A stretch of 63,763 nucleotides of DNA, the filler included, from Octopus bimaculoides (taxonomy: Eukaryota): assembly GCF_001194135.2 (NCBI RefSeq). It is 6 parts of 6 records of this genome, joined end to end, with 100 filler letters (N's around TTAATTAATTAA, not from the genome) between each part and the next. Parts side by side here need not be neighbours in the genome. Positions count along the whole stretch, not along the records: positions 38,226 to 58,004 come from NC_068983.1; positions 58,105 to 63,763 come from NC_068984.1; 4 more parts are not named here. The stretch is one strand, 5' to 3'. Position 1 is the stretch's first letter. Every line of letters starts with the position of its first letter. This document shows, piece after piece, positions 47,501-61,539 of this stretch. The translations under genes were made by a program, and so were the position numbers. A model generated the notes under the pieces. That model had not been told where the DNA came from. It saw only the letters and a program-made list of their open reading frames with translations, and did not search any database.

Positions 47501-50500
47501 AAAACCAAAGAAGAAGGAAGGCGTGGGAAAGCTAAAAAATAAAACGGCCAGAATTGCTCTACACAGTTTTCGTCATGGAGTTAGTTTATGCTTGAAGTTA
47601 GCTGCTTATGTTGCAAGAGGTAAGTAAATGAGGAGTGATGGTTGGTTTCATATTTATGTATACTTTTACTCTTTTACTTATTTTATTCATTGGACAGCAG
47701 CCATGCCGGAACACTGTCTTGAGGGGTTTTTTTCAACCATACTGTCAATGGGACTTATCAATGGCTATAGAAAAAGATAATGTCATAGGAAACTGAAGGT
47801 ACTTGCACTGAAATAGCATAGCTCATGAGATGAGAATTATGTGAGGAATAAAAGCATCTTCCTTGATACAATTAGTCAAAATTCAGGATGGCCCAAAACT
47901 AGGTTTACAGTTATCACGTAACATTTTAGGGAGCTTGACAAAATTAACTAAATTAGCATAGAATAATGGTTTCATATTTTTTTTATAATTAAGATCTAAA
48001 CTGTTAATATATATGAATGCGAATGAGATAGTTGAATAACTGTAAACCTACTTCTTGGGCCACCCTGTAGTGTTTTCCTTCCAATGCAGCATAAGAGTGT
48101 TTACAGTTAGTCTTGTAAGCGTTACAGGATTTTATGGGAAACAAATTTTACTCTTACTACCAAATGCAGGTGGTATGGAAGCAAAGCAAAGGACTGGCTC
48201 GAAAAGCTCTTATGGAAAGTTGCCAGCAGCATTAGCTCTAAATGGTACAAGTCATATTGTGAAATGATTTGTACCGTTTGAATTGGACTAGTATCTGCTG
48301 AATGATGGTGGCAATTGGTATCATTTCGAGAACAAGTATGGCACTTTAGGTGAGTGTCTTCTACTACGGCCCCGGGCCGACCAAAGCCTAGTGAGCGGAT
48401 TCGGTAGACAGAAACTGAAAGAAGTCCTTCGTGTTTCGTTGTCTGTAGTTTATTGTTCTAACGTCCTGTACCCTGATATGCATGTATATACACATGTAGA
48501 TGTAAGTATGTACATATATGTGTGTATACATGTATATATATTCTTTGTATTATATATATATATATATATATAGTCAGTTGTTGTGTGTTCTGTTAAGAAC
48601 GTATAAGAGTACAAAAAGAGCTCGTTCACCCTTAGAATTCCCAAATAGCCGGTAGCATTCTTATGGTATGCTACCAAATCTAGTCTTAGGTATTCCTCAT
48701 GTGTGAAAATAAAAAATAAAAAGTAAAAAGCAAAAGAGTCAAAAGGAAGAGTAAGAGTTGTAGCATGAAAATCTAAATTTGCTGACGGAGATAGCAACTG
48801 AGTATCGCCTGAGGAGATACATATAGATCTTTTTATACAGGTAAATCGTTGAATAATATAATTTAAACTTAACTTTAAATCCTGTATATACAAGGATCTG
48901 TATATATCGAAACATTTGTAGCGAATAAAAAGCTGACTAACCGTACTTTTGACTCTTTTACTTTTTATTTTNNNNNNNNNNNNNNNNNNNNNNNNNNNNN
49001 NNNNNNNNNNNNNNNNNNNNNNNNNNNNNNNNNNNNNNNNNNNNNNNNNNNNNNNNNNNNNNNNNNNNNNNNNNNNNNNNNNNNNNNNNNNNNNNNNNNN
49101 NNNNNNNNNNNNNNNNNNNNNNNNNNNNNNNNNNNNNNNNNNNNNNNNNNNNNNNNNNNNNNNNNNNNNNNNNNNNNNNNNNNNNNNNNNNNNNNNNNNN
49201 NNNNNNNNNNNNNNNNNNNNNNNNNNNNNNNNNNNNNNNNNNNNNNNNNNNNNNNNNNNNNNNNNNNNNNNNNNNNNNNNNNNNNNNNNNNNNNNNNNNN
49301 NNNNNNNNNNNNNNNNNNNNNNNNNNNNNNNNNNNNNNNNNNNNNNNNNNNNNNNNNNNNNNNNNNNNNNNNNNNNNNNNNNNNNNNNNNNNNNNNNNNN
49401 NNNNNNNNNNNNNNNNNNNNNNNNNNNNNNNNNNNNNNNNNNNNNNNNNNNNNNNNNNNNNNNNNNNNNNNNNNNNNNNNNNNNNNNNNNNNNNNNNNNN
49501 NNNNNNNNNNNNNNNNNNNNNNNNNNNNNNNNNNNNNNNNNNNNNNNNNNNNNNNNNNNNNNNNNNNNNNNNNNNNNNNNNNNNNNNNNNNNNNNNNNNN
49601 NNNNNNNNNNNNNNNNNNNNNNNNNNNNNNNNNNNNNNNNNNNNNNNNNNNNNNNNNNNNNNNNNNNNNNNNNNNNNNNNNNNNNNNNNNNNNNNNNNNN
49701 NNNNNNNNNNNNNNNNNNNNNNNNNNNNNNNNNNNNNNNNNNNNNNNNNNNNNNNNNNNNNNNNNNNNNNNNNNNNNNNNNNNNNNNNNNNNNNNNNNNN
49801 NNNNNNNNNNNNNNNNNNNNNNNNNNNNNNNNNNNNNNNNNNNNNNNNNNAAATACTGGGGTCGATTCGTCCCACTAAAATTCTTTAAGGTGGTGCCCCA
49901 GCATGGCCGCAGTCTAATGACTGAAAAGGTAAAACAGGCGGAAGAGACTGTTTGCTTAGCTTGTGGGGGACAAACACAAACCCAATAACACGCATATATT
50001 TATATCTATCATCTATTATCTATTTATCTATCGGTGTGTGTGCGTGTGTGCGTGTGTGCGTGCGTGTGTGCATACGACGGTTTTCCAGTTTCCGTTAACC
50101 AAATTCAGTCACAAGGGAATGGTCGCCCCGGAGCTATATTAGGTAAAAGACACTCGTCCAAGGTGCCCTGCAGAAGGACTGAACCCAAAACCACGTGCTT
50201 GTAAAGCGAGCCTCCGAATCACGCAGGCATGTGTATCTATTATAATAAATGGCCGTTTATGTCTCCCTCTATCCACCCCAAAAATATATGTATACGTTCA
50301 GATAGTAAAACGACCTGTCAGTTTTTCAGTGAAATACATATGCATAGCGGTTAATTGACTTTGATGTTTCTCCTCACAAAAATGAACATTTATCACTTGT
50401 GAATTTTTCATAGGTACCCACTTGTTCTAAACATTATAACGAGGCAGCTGTGTTGTCAAGCAATCGTTCTACTGTCTGAATAAATGTGTGCATATGTGTG

Positions 50501-51104
50501 TGCGCGTGCGCGCGGGCGCGTACATACATACGTAGATACATAGATTTTATACATGCTTATTATGTGTGACCATTAAATTAGCATCATTGCTAGTTAATAT
50601 TTTTGCTTTCTTTGTCCGATTTTTTCTTCTTACTTTGTTCGAATTTTCCTCACTATATACGAACTCGAATTAGGCTCATATACCTATGAATATATGAGAT
50701 GTGTTGATGACTGTTCTTTAGATTTGTTTGTTGTATTTGACACCACCATCGTTAGTGTCAATGGTTGCTGGTCGTTGACCAATTTCAGTAAAACAACTGG
50801 GTTGCGAAAACAGCAGCTGTATTAAGTGCAACACTTTTAATGGTAGGAAGATAGAATTATCCTCTCGTCTTCAAATATGGGTGTCATCAGCAGTTGTACT
50901 CTTTGGAGTGAGTGGCAGAGTTTTGCCTCAAGTAACCAGAGGGCAAGACAGTAACTCAGCCTGTAATGTTACTTGTGTGACCTTGTGCATCCGAGAACGT
51001 CAAATATATGTCAGAAAATTGTGTTTTCATCTCATATTTTTATTTTGGTCTGCTTCGGAATCTCAACCAATGCAAATTCTTTGTTACTATTATAAACAGA
51101 GTTG

Positions 51105-51600
51105 TAAGGCGGCAAGCTGACAGAATCATTTGCACGCCGGGCAAAATACTTTGTAGCATTTCGTCCGTCTTTACCTTCGGAGTTCAAATTCCGCCGAGGT
51201 TGCCTTCGTTTATTCTTTGGACGTCGATAAAAAAGGAAACAGTTAAGCACTGGAGTTGATGTAATCGACTTAAACCCACCCTCGAAATTGCAATGCCAAA
51301 AATTTGAAACTAATATTTAAAAGGTGGTGAGCAGGCAGAACCGCTAGTACGCCGGGCAAAATGCTTAGCGGCATTTCATCGATCTGTACGTTCTGACAGC
51401 GCAGACAGAATCGTTACCACATCGGGCAATATGCTTTGCAGTATTTCGTACGTCTTCACGTTCTGAGTTCAAATTCGGTCGAGGTCGACTTTGCTTTCCA
51501 TCGTTTCGGGGTCGATAAAATAAGTACTAGTTACGAACTGGAGTCGATGTAATCGACTTCCCCGAAATTGCTGAAATTGTGCCAAAATTTGAAACCAATA
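51105..51600 (+). mobile_element. Tandem cluster of three family A SINE copies (one truncated)
   Basis: Heads at ~51105 (aaggcggcaagctgacagaatc), ~51320 (aaggtggtgagcaggcagaacc) and ~51398 (gcgcagacagaatcgtta). Confidence 0.8.
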
Positions 51601-52549
51601 TTATTAGTAGTGCTGTCACTCTACTTTTAAGCTTAAAGTAGAGTGAGCAAAGTTGCAGCAAATCCTGATGAAGCCACTGCAATAGCAAAAAATAGGTTGA
51701 TCGAAAGGGTTTTGTCTCCCACTTGAAATATCACAGAAAGTTGTTCTTCTCGCGTCAGGTAACACCAGTTGTTTGATCTTTCCATTAGTCCTTTTTTATT
51801 TTTACCTGGAGCCAAGATTGATTCGTTTTGTTGGACATACTGTCCTTGTTATATTGAATTTCGTAACTGGTTGCCTAAAGAATCTCTCAACTAATAGTTG
51901 CAGTTCGTCCTCGAACTGGCTGTCCAGAGTGTTCAAGATCTTAGCTAGTCATGGGTTGTACAGTATTTTAAAAAAGAATCTGTGCTTAGCTTTTTTACAC
52001 AGAAAGATAAAGTGTGAATGTAAAAATATTTTACTTGAAACAATGTCTTCTGTCATGCTGTTCAAGTAATTATGTCAAATTTACTGAGGGTTCGACGTTG
52101 AACAAATACAGATAATAAAGGATAGAAAAGAGGCTCCTTTACTTGTCTGGGAATTCATCACTTCAATCTTTTCCAGTGTACTGTTCCAGTCGACATCTTC
52201 TAAGATGCCGTTTCTCTGGAATTTAGTACGGAAAAAAATAGTCTATTCTTTCATAGTTTCATATTTACACCTATGTATATTGATATAAAATGAAATGAAA
52301 TTCGATTGACGGAAATAATAAGGATGTTCTCCAGTAGTTCACTTAATCCAACTCTAAATGCAAGCACAAGGCCTAGATGGGTATCTTTAACAAAGCAAAG
52401 ACCTTGGCCAGCATTCCGACAAAAGTTTCTGGTCTCATAATAATCCAAAGTCATGGTTTCTATAATTCAACATTCTCCAATGCCTACCAAAAACCGCGCT
52501 TTCGTTAATCCTGCAAATTAGCCAACCGTCCATCCGTCCATCCGTCTAG

Positions 52550-52635
<86 letters not shown>

Positions 52636-53156
52636 ATCCGTCCGTCCGTCCATCCGTCCGTCCTTATTGGCTTTATTTTCGTTGATGTGACGGAAAGAAA
52701 ACTATCCAGATCACCAATCTTCTTAGACAGACAGACAGACAGACAAGTAGATAGATAGAATAGAATATCTATCGAATATTTGCTACTACCACTGAGATCT
52801 GCACCCGCAGTCGGCTTCACCCAATAGATAGATAGATAGATAGATAGATAACTTATGTGCAGCTGAAAGATCGCACATTCTTTTTAGAGCGAAGAATTCC
52901 ACCACACTACTTAATTCCAGATCCGAAATTTTCAGCAGATGCAAGCACATGGGAAAATTTCTTTTGTCGAACACCCTGTTCAGGTTGTGCAGTTATCTTT
53001 CAAACTTTGAACTCCTAAATTTTGATTTATTCTATAGCAGCTTGATTAATTACGCTTTCTATGGTCAAAGAGGGTGTAACTATGAAATTTTATTTCGTTT
53101 CTTTTCTTTCTTTTACCATTTTTATTCAACCTTTGTGTGTGTGTGTGTGTACTCAT

Positions 53157-53453
53157 GTGAAGGCGCTGGCTTAGCAGTTAGTGTATTCAGATGCCGACAT
53201 TACAGTCGTGAGTTCGATTCTCAGCGGCGTGTTGTGATCTTTATTTCATGTTGCTCCAGTCCATTTAGCTGGCAAAAAGTGTTGTATCAGTAATTCAAAG
53301 ACCAGCGCAGTCACATTCTGCATCTCCCTGAGAACTACGTTAAGGGCACGCGTGTCTGTGGAGTGATCAGCTACTTACACGTTAATTTCATGAGCAGACT
53401 GTTCCGTTGTTCGGATCGACTGAAGCACTCATCGTCATAACCGACAGAGTGCT
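53157..53453 (+). mobile_element. SINE with a family D-like head/body and the family C 3' tail
   Basis: From 53290, gtaattcaaag...gagaactacgttaagggcacgcgtgtctgtggagtg...gacagagtgc matches 15603-15778; the 5' part instead has gttgctccagtccatttagctggcaaaa. Confidence 0.7.
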
Positions 53454-53866
53454 AATTTACACAAACACACACACACACACACACACATGCGCGCGCGCGC
53501 ATGTATGTATGTATGTATGTATGTATACATGTAGGTTTTTGCTTACGATTATATGCCAACTTTAATACATGTCTACACATCTATACATGTTAGCTACTCT
53601 AATGAGTTAATCAATGAGAAAACCATTCATAATTAACTAAGAATCTCCTGAATGAAACATGTCTGTGGTTGGAAAATCATTAGAAGGCGTGAAAGATCTA
53701 ACGAACGGAAAGAACTGTCATTTGCTATTAATTCAGGCGTCATTTTGTGGACTTAATCTAGACATGGACAGAAAAATGAAAAGAATCTATTGTGAAATAT
53801 CTGTTATAGTTTGGCATCGGCTTTTATATTACATCTCATCACATTACACACAGACGTCTGGTGCTA

Positions 53867-54064
<198 letters not shown>

Positions 54065-55689
54065 TCTCTCTTACTATATGTGTGTGTGTGTGTATGCATT
54101 TCAAAAATTTAACAAAATCACAAACGATATGTATATATATATATGTGTATATCAAAATAAGCAACAAGGATATCCAAAGTTAATGCAAGTACGATCGTTT
54201 CATGCGACTCCATTTATTTAAGCAATGTGAACAATTACATCAAATGTAAAATGCAGAGCAATCCTCAGCTGCACAAAGATACAGCAAATTTACTGAAATT
54301 TCATTTCAGTTGAAGGACATATTTTTATAACTACATCTAACTGTCCAAGTAGAAAGGAAGAATACAAAAAAAACATTTTGACTTAGCCAGACCATACAGG
54401 CTAGTGGTAGCCTGTATGGAGAGCGAGAAAGAAAGAGAGTGAGAGCGATAGACAGACTGACAGACAGAACAAGAGATACACTTTGTTTAAATATCGAGAA
54501 TATTTTATTCCTCCATACACTTTAAGCTACAAATGTTATTATCTATTCCGTTGGTATTTCTAAATCGCATAAAACACCCTTTACTGACTTAAAATTTCTT
54601 GATATCCTTATGCATAGCTAACTTTGAAATCTGCACATCAGACATTGCTACCACAAGATCCTTGATGGATTAACTTCATCGAATCACTGCCTCAAGATTT
54701 GTATATTTTCAAACTCTCATGCGCTTTCTTACGCCAAAAGATAATGATATAGTAATTTGCATCAGCGTTATATTCGAAAGAAGTGCGAGAATTTGTATGT
54801 CAAAAACTGTTTGCTTTCTAAAATTATACCCGTCACAAAATCTCTTTATCGACGCACCAGACAAGAAAGACAGAGTCACACGCTTCTTTTCTTTTAAGTA
54901 ATCGCCCTGAAGTCATTAAGAAAGATTCAAGCCTTGAAGTCCGCATGAAATATTAACAAAAGCTGCAGAGCTATACAAGTTGTGTTGCGTTGCGGTATAG
55001 CGAATATTGATAATGTCCATATTGCCACTGCGATACTATTCTGGTATCGTTTATCTTTTACTTATTTCGTTTATTGGATTGCGGTCCTGTTGGGGCACCA
55101 CGTTCGAGTGTTTTAGTTGAACAAATCGACACCAGGATTTAATTTTGAAATTTAGTAATAGTGCTAATATACGAGGATATAACTAACCAAGCGGTAGTTG
55201 GACATAAGCAAACATACAACAATGCACACACATTTACGACCGGCTTCCACGCAATTTCTATTATAATTTACTTGAAATACATTAGTGATCATGTAATGAA
55301 TTAAATAATTCATCTGCGTTATAGATGTAAATTTTCTGCAGCATATATGTTTCAGGCACTTTGAAGTACGATATAAATATATGTTTTTAATCAATGGGCT
55401 CTTAATACTGAGTGATGATTTCTAAATAACGTTAATTTGCATTGAATAATGAATAAAGTTTGATATTATTGACTTGTCGTCTCTAGATGATGGAATTAGT
55501 ATCTTTGCAAATGGTGAAAGTTTCTGGATGTGAATTAACTTTGGTGCAATGGCAAACTCTGACAAGAGTAATTTCCCTTGTTTTCATTCTAAATACCATT
55601 GAATTTAAAAATTTCAGTAAAACTTAAGTAACTCTATTCTGTTGACTTAAAAATTCCAATAGAGATCTCCCTGGATGACAGATTACCTC

Positions 55690-56099
55690 TCTTGTTATGA
55701 GTTTCTGTTAGTGGTTGCAATATGAGCTAGGAGTAAGAATGTTTTAGTTTATACTATGTGGAGAATTTCCTTGACCTAGGTCGTTCAGAGATAATGTGGT
55801 ATACTGAGGTAGCATTTTTCATTTTCTTGGACATGAAGGAATTCATTTACTGGCTGTAAGTAGAGGAGTATCTAAGACATTATCAAGTGATGTGAGGATC
55901 GCCCTAAAATGAACTGCCTTGGATAGGCAGAATGCCTTTAGTGGCTCACTGCTTTGATTTGGCTGCTAGCTGGCAGGGCTAAAGTCTATATTATACAACA
56001 GTATATACATTTTTTCTTTAAATAACGTCAATATTGAAAATGATGCTCAGGAAAGAGCAACTCAGTTTTAATGGACATTTAAAAAACTCGTGTAATATG

Positions 56100-56195
<96 letters not shown>

Positions 56196-56410
56196 ATTAA
56201 ATTCGTGGTGATATCAAGGTTGGACGGAGGATTAAACCAAATGATTTTCTTCTTTTTAATTCTGTTCCTAGCGGATGCAAGAAGAAGCTGCATATCATTT
56301 AAATTCTCATTTAGTGAGGTAGACCTATGTTGACGATATCTCTGTCTGAGGATACATTGGAGATATTTCTAATGATATTGAGTACTAAATTGCTTCAGTT
56401 ACGTACCACG
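55690..56410 (-). mobile_element. Second Penelope-like element remnant, split by (AT)n
   Basis: [16 protein letters not shown] (thumb region), [10 protein letters not shown] (PLE linker signature), then a decayed GIY-YIG segment KKMKNATSVYHII. Confidence 0.6.
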
Positions 56411-56917
56411 GATTTTTACTTGCCCAACAGCTATTCTCAAATATAGTAAATATAGTATTCAGTCTCCTGTTTCGGAAAGCGACAGATTTTCTCTTGGTGC
56501 ACTAATATGGCTGTTGGGAAGTAGCAGAAATATATATTGATTAGTGTGCGAGCATGAGTATAGGCGCAGGCATGATTTTGTGGCTAAGGCTTTCGCTTTA
56601 CAACAACGTCGTTTCGGGGATTCAATCCCACTACGTACAATATTTGCAGAGCACTTTCTAAGTCTGTATTGAATACTACTGTGTGAAGAGAATTTGGTTG
56701 ACAGAACCGCACAGAAGTTTGTTTGTATGTGTGTGCGTGTGTGTATATCTATAAATGTATATATGTGTATGTTTCTGTGTTCGTATCTAGCGTTTCGACA
56801 AATAGTTACTGATAAAGCATGTACCAGCCTGAAACAACTTATATTGTCGATATGATCTTAAAGGCTCTACTCCAGTATGGCTTCAGTCCAATGGATTAAA
56901 TGCATACATATGTATGT

Positions 56918-56978
<61 letters not shown>

Positions 56979-57379
56979 GTATGTGTTAAAAAACTTGTTT
57001 CCCACCAAATGGTTCAGAGTTCAGTCCATCATGTGGCACCTTGGGCTATATGCTATATCTACTGCTATAGCCACGCACCGACGAAAACCTTGTAGATGGA
57101 AACTGAAAGCCTGTCATATATATACATACATATATATGTACGTGCGCGCGTGCGTGTGTGAGTGCCTGCGCGCGCATATATTTGTACTTGTATATTTACA
57201 AGTATATATATGCATAAATATCTTGTATTTAAACACACATATACATCTAGGTAAGTATATATATATATGTGTGTGTGTGCATGTGTGCGCGTGAGTATAT
57301 ATATGTATATACATACATACATTTATGCATATATACATATACACATACATTCATATACACGTTACATGTACACACACAA

Positions 57380-57429
<50 letters not shown>

Positions 57430-58419
57430 GTATGTATGTATATATACTCAAACATTCTTATGTGGGAATAGATAGATTTACGGTCCAATCTATTCGTTTC
57501 ATATTAGAACTCTGTTCACGCCGGAGCAGACTTGCATAAAACTGCAATGGCTTCTTAACCAATAAATCTTTCTCTTTCCATCGTTTTTGGTGGCCATTAA
57601 CATACGTTAAGCGCAATTAAAGTGTATTTTCAATAGACAGCTAATAAATCACTCTACAAATGACTTTTGGCTCGCCTGTCGTTGCTATCATGGCTAGCTT
57701 CCTTCTACCCCTCGTCTGTGCGCTCTGCGCGTTAGTGAATGGTTGTTTGTGTCTGCTTATTTTCATTTGTGTGTGTATCGGTGTATATGTTTCTGTTTCT
57801 GTTTTTGTTAGTGTTGTGCTGTGTCTGTGTATATGTGTTAGTTGTATGGGTATACGTTTGTGTATGTATACGTATATGTATGTGTGTGTGTGTGTGTGTG
57901 CGTGTGTGTGTGTGTGTATGTATATACACGTTTCTATACACACATACATAAATTATATGTGCGTGCGTATGTATATACGAGTAGGTGAATAAACGAGTAT
58001 ATATNNNNNNNNNNNNNNNNNNNNNNNNNNNNNNNNNNNNNNNNNNNNTTAATTAATTAANNNNNNNNNNNNNNNNNNNNNNNNNNNNNNNNNNNNNNNN
58101 NNNNGTTTTTTAAACTGACCGTTTGTGTGTTCGAAAGCTGTAGGTATGTAAGTTTCCTAACTTATTTTGAGGGAGATTTAAAATATTCACAGGAAATTGT
58201 AGATATTCCAGTCTTTGGGAATGGTAGGAGGAAGAGCTGTTCACCTTGTTGAATTTTTGAATTTCTGAAGTTCTTTTTCTTTTGGAATTTTTCTTTTGTT
58301 TTTAAACGTTTTGCTGTAGTTTACAGTTTTTGTAGTTGTACAGTATGTATATATTGGCAGTTGCTTACCTCCTTAATTTTTTGGTTTCTTTTTTTCGTGC
58401 ATTTCTTTATGTTGTTACA

Positions 58420-58810
58420 ATGAAAGGCATGTTTACATATTCGGACAGTCAGGAAAAAAGGAAAGATAAAATGTTCACACAAAATTGGAGATATTAGAGT
58501 TTCTAATTTTTTTCTTTTTTGAGATGTTCGTTTGTATGTCCGTTCAGAGAAGACTGTAGTGTTTTTGCAATAAAAAAGATGTTTACATTTTCGAATACTC
58601 AAGGAGAAAGGAAAGGAAAGAAAAGGAAGGTAAAATTTTTACAGAGAATTGTAGATATTAAGGTTTTAAAATTTACTGAAGATGATCTTTTACCTGTCCG
58701 AACAGAGAAAACTGTAGTGTTCTTGGAATAAAGAGGATGTTTACATTTCAGAATAATCAGGGAGAAAGGAAAGGATAGATATTCACAGGAGTTGTAGTTA
58801 TTAAATGTTT
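58420..58810. repeat. Diverged tandem repeat, ~150-bp unit
   Basis: Core atgtttacat.ttc.ga...tca.g..gaaaggaaag at 58429, 58579 and 58737; flanked by ~60-bp direct repeats at ~58105 and ~58808. Confidence 0.7.
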
Positions 58811-58864
58811 TAAAGTTGATCGTTTATGTGTTCGAAAACTATAGGTATGTATGTAAGTGTCTTA

Positions 58865-58913
58865 ACTTATTATTATTATTAACTTATTATTATTATCATC
58901 ATCATCATCATCA

Positions 58914-58975
<62 letters not shown>
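58865..58975. repeat. (ATT)n(ATC)n(ATT)n microsatellite
   Basis: Directly visible. Confidence 0.95.
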
Positions 58976-59722
58976 TCTGTTTGAGACTGATGCTAAGAGT
59001 TCTTTCTCTTACGCGAAAAAGAGTTAGATGCGTTTTGAAAAACACGCATACTAATGCTCAAGGTTAATAAATGCTATTATGTGAATACCCTGAACAATCT
59101 AGATCTTGTGGTCAGATTTAACATATGATGTGTGTGAATGTGCTAACAATATTCGTAGAAGTAGGAGAATGCGTCCTATGTTCAGGCTAATAAATTATAT
59201 GGTTTTTTTTGTTTTCGTCGGACAGGTCGTTATGCCAATAAAAAACACGCACTGGCACAATGATCCTCTTTAGATATAATAAAATCCGCTTCAACACACG
59301 AGTTCACATCGAGAATCTTCCAAACCAGATATAAAATCAAAATTATGCGTTTTCTTGTTTGAGCCTTCAGCTCCTATTGGAATCATAGGGGCACCATCGT
59401 GACAGTTTGTATGTCTTCAGAATATTAAGCCTGATAGAGACAACGCTTTCTCAAATCTGACCCCAACTTATTTTTTCAGCGTGAAGCGGGAGAATGGGAT
59501 TGCGAAGCACCGACATCAGTCCCGAAAGGACGAAATGTAAAGTTGACCTCGGCGGGATTTGAACAGAGAGCAAAGAAAGCCAGAATGAATACTACGATCC
59601 ACAAGGCATTCTTACCGATGCTGTAACGATCTACCTGCTTAGCACATTGTCTTATGTGTGTCAATATCCTAGCAATAGATAGTATAACTAATATTATTTA
59701 AATGTGAGAACATTGTAACAAT

Positions 59723-60097
59723 TTTGTTGGCACTCCGTCGCTTACGACGTCGAGGGTTCCAGTTGATCCGATCAACGGAACAGCTTGCTCGTGAAATTAG
59801 CGTGCAAGTGGCTGAGCACTCCACAGACACGTGTACCCATAACGTAGTTCTCGGGGATATTCAGCGTGACACAGTGTGACCCTTTGAATTACAGGCACAA
59901 CAGAAACAAGAAGTAAGAGTGAGAGAAAGCTGTGGTGAAAGAGTACAGCAGGGTTCGCCACCATCCCCTGCCGGAGCCTCGTGGAGCTTTAGGTGTTTTC
60001 GCTCAATAAACACTCACAACGCCCGGTCTGGGAATCGAAACCGCGATCCTAAGACCGCGAGTCCGCTGCCCTAACCACTGGGCCATTGCGCCTCCAC
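59723..60097 (-). mobile_element. Family C SINE, full length with TSD
   Basis: Near-identical to 15398-15784; TSD attgtaacaat at 59712-59722 and 60098-60108. Confidence 0.92.
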
Positions 60098-60679
60098 ATT
60101 GTAACAATATTTGTAGTTGAAAGTACAAAAAGAATATGGTGTGTAACAATACCATATGGATAGTTGTAAACATTTTTTTCAAGGTGAACACATTAGTGCA
60201 AATCAGTTTATTCAACCTACTGATAAACCTTTAAGTAATAATCATATTATTATAAAGGGTTTTTTTCTCCAATCACAAATATAATATACACGCTTAATTA
60301 ACTAATATAAACTTAGCGTAAACTATATAATGCAAACCTATTTATATCAAGTTTATAATACATTTAATTTACATGTCTATACTCGAAACAATTTAATTAT
60401 ATATAATTATTAAATTCTCTTATTTCTCCGATATTTATACAGAATTTTGTATCTTCAATAACCAAAAAATTGTTCAGTGCTTATAGCAAGAGGTACATGT
60501 AGTTCAATTACAACAAGTACCCGCCCCAGCGTAACTCACCATAAGAATATTTTTAGATTTTCAGTGACAAAACTTCAGCAATATTTGTAGATCTTTAGTA
60601 GTTCAAGGTTAACAAATGTATGATAATATCTTAACACTTGTAAGACCTTCAGTTCACGTTCACAAAATGATGTGACAAT

Positions 60680-60890
60680 AGGCGATAAGCTGGCAGAATC
60701 GTTCAAGTGTCGGACAAAATGCTTAGCGGCGTTCCTTCCTGCACGCATGTCTTCCGTTCTGTATTGAAATTCCACTGAGGTCGACTTTACCTTTCATTCT
60801 TTCGGGGTCGATATGATAAAGTACCAGTTAAATATTGGGGTCAATGTAATCAACTAACCAAGTCTCCCTAAAATTGCAGGCCTTCTTACA
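60680..60890 (+). mobile_element. Family A SINE
   Basis: aggcgataagctggcagaatcgttc...gaggtcgactttacctttcattctttcggggtcgat...; an oppositely oriented partial copy lies at ~59500-59640. Confidence 0.75.
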
Positions 60891-61145
60891 CAATATTACA
60901 TACGTTTCATTAACATAAGAATATTATTAGTAACATAATATACATTACATAATAAAAAATTAATGTAAAGTCAGAGACATGCAATGTTCATTCGTGCCTT
61001 CTTAGATTGAAAAGATGACAGATTCCCTATTGTTAAGATAGCAAGTGGCTGTCTCTTTCTTCACAAGGACTAATCTTGTCATTTTTCAGTCTAAATAAAG
61101 TATGGAATTTATGCGTCACTGACGATCTAAAATTAAGTCATGATT

Positions 61146-61539
61146 GTTGTTGTTGTTGTTGGCACTCCATCGCTTACGACGCCGAGGGTTCCAGTTGATT
61201 CGATCAACGGAACAGCCTGCTCGTGAAATTAACGTGCAAGTGGCTGAGCACTCCACAGACACGTGTACCCTTAACGTAGTTGTCGGGGATATTCGGCGTG
61301 ACACAGTGTGACAAGGATGACCCTTTGAATTACAGGCACAACAGAAACAGGAAGTAAGAATGAGAGAAAGTTGTGGTGGAAGAGTACAGCAGGGTTCGCC
61401 ACTATCCCCTGCCGGAGCCTCGTGGAACTTTTAGGTGTTTTCGCTCAATAAACACTCACAACACCCAGTTTGGGAATTGAAACCGCGATCTTATGACCGC
61501 GAATCCGCTGCCCTAACTATTGGGCCATTGCGTCTCCAC
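61146..61539 (-). mobile_element. Family C SINE, full length with TSD
   Basis: (GTT)n tail; TSD taagtcatgatt at 61134-61145 and 61540-61551. Confidence 0.92.

Noticed and set aside
58105-58870. CRISPR-like repeat-spacer array
   Set aside because: Units are long and diverged, the context is eukaryotic, and there are no cas genes.
59340-59410. Possible extra collagen exon (GIIGAP on plus; CHDGAPMIPIGAEG on minus)
   Set aside because: No sustained Gly-X-Y register, an in-frame stop on plus, and no compatible splice pair.
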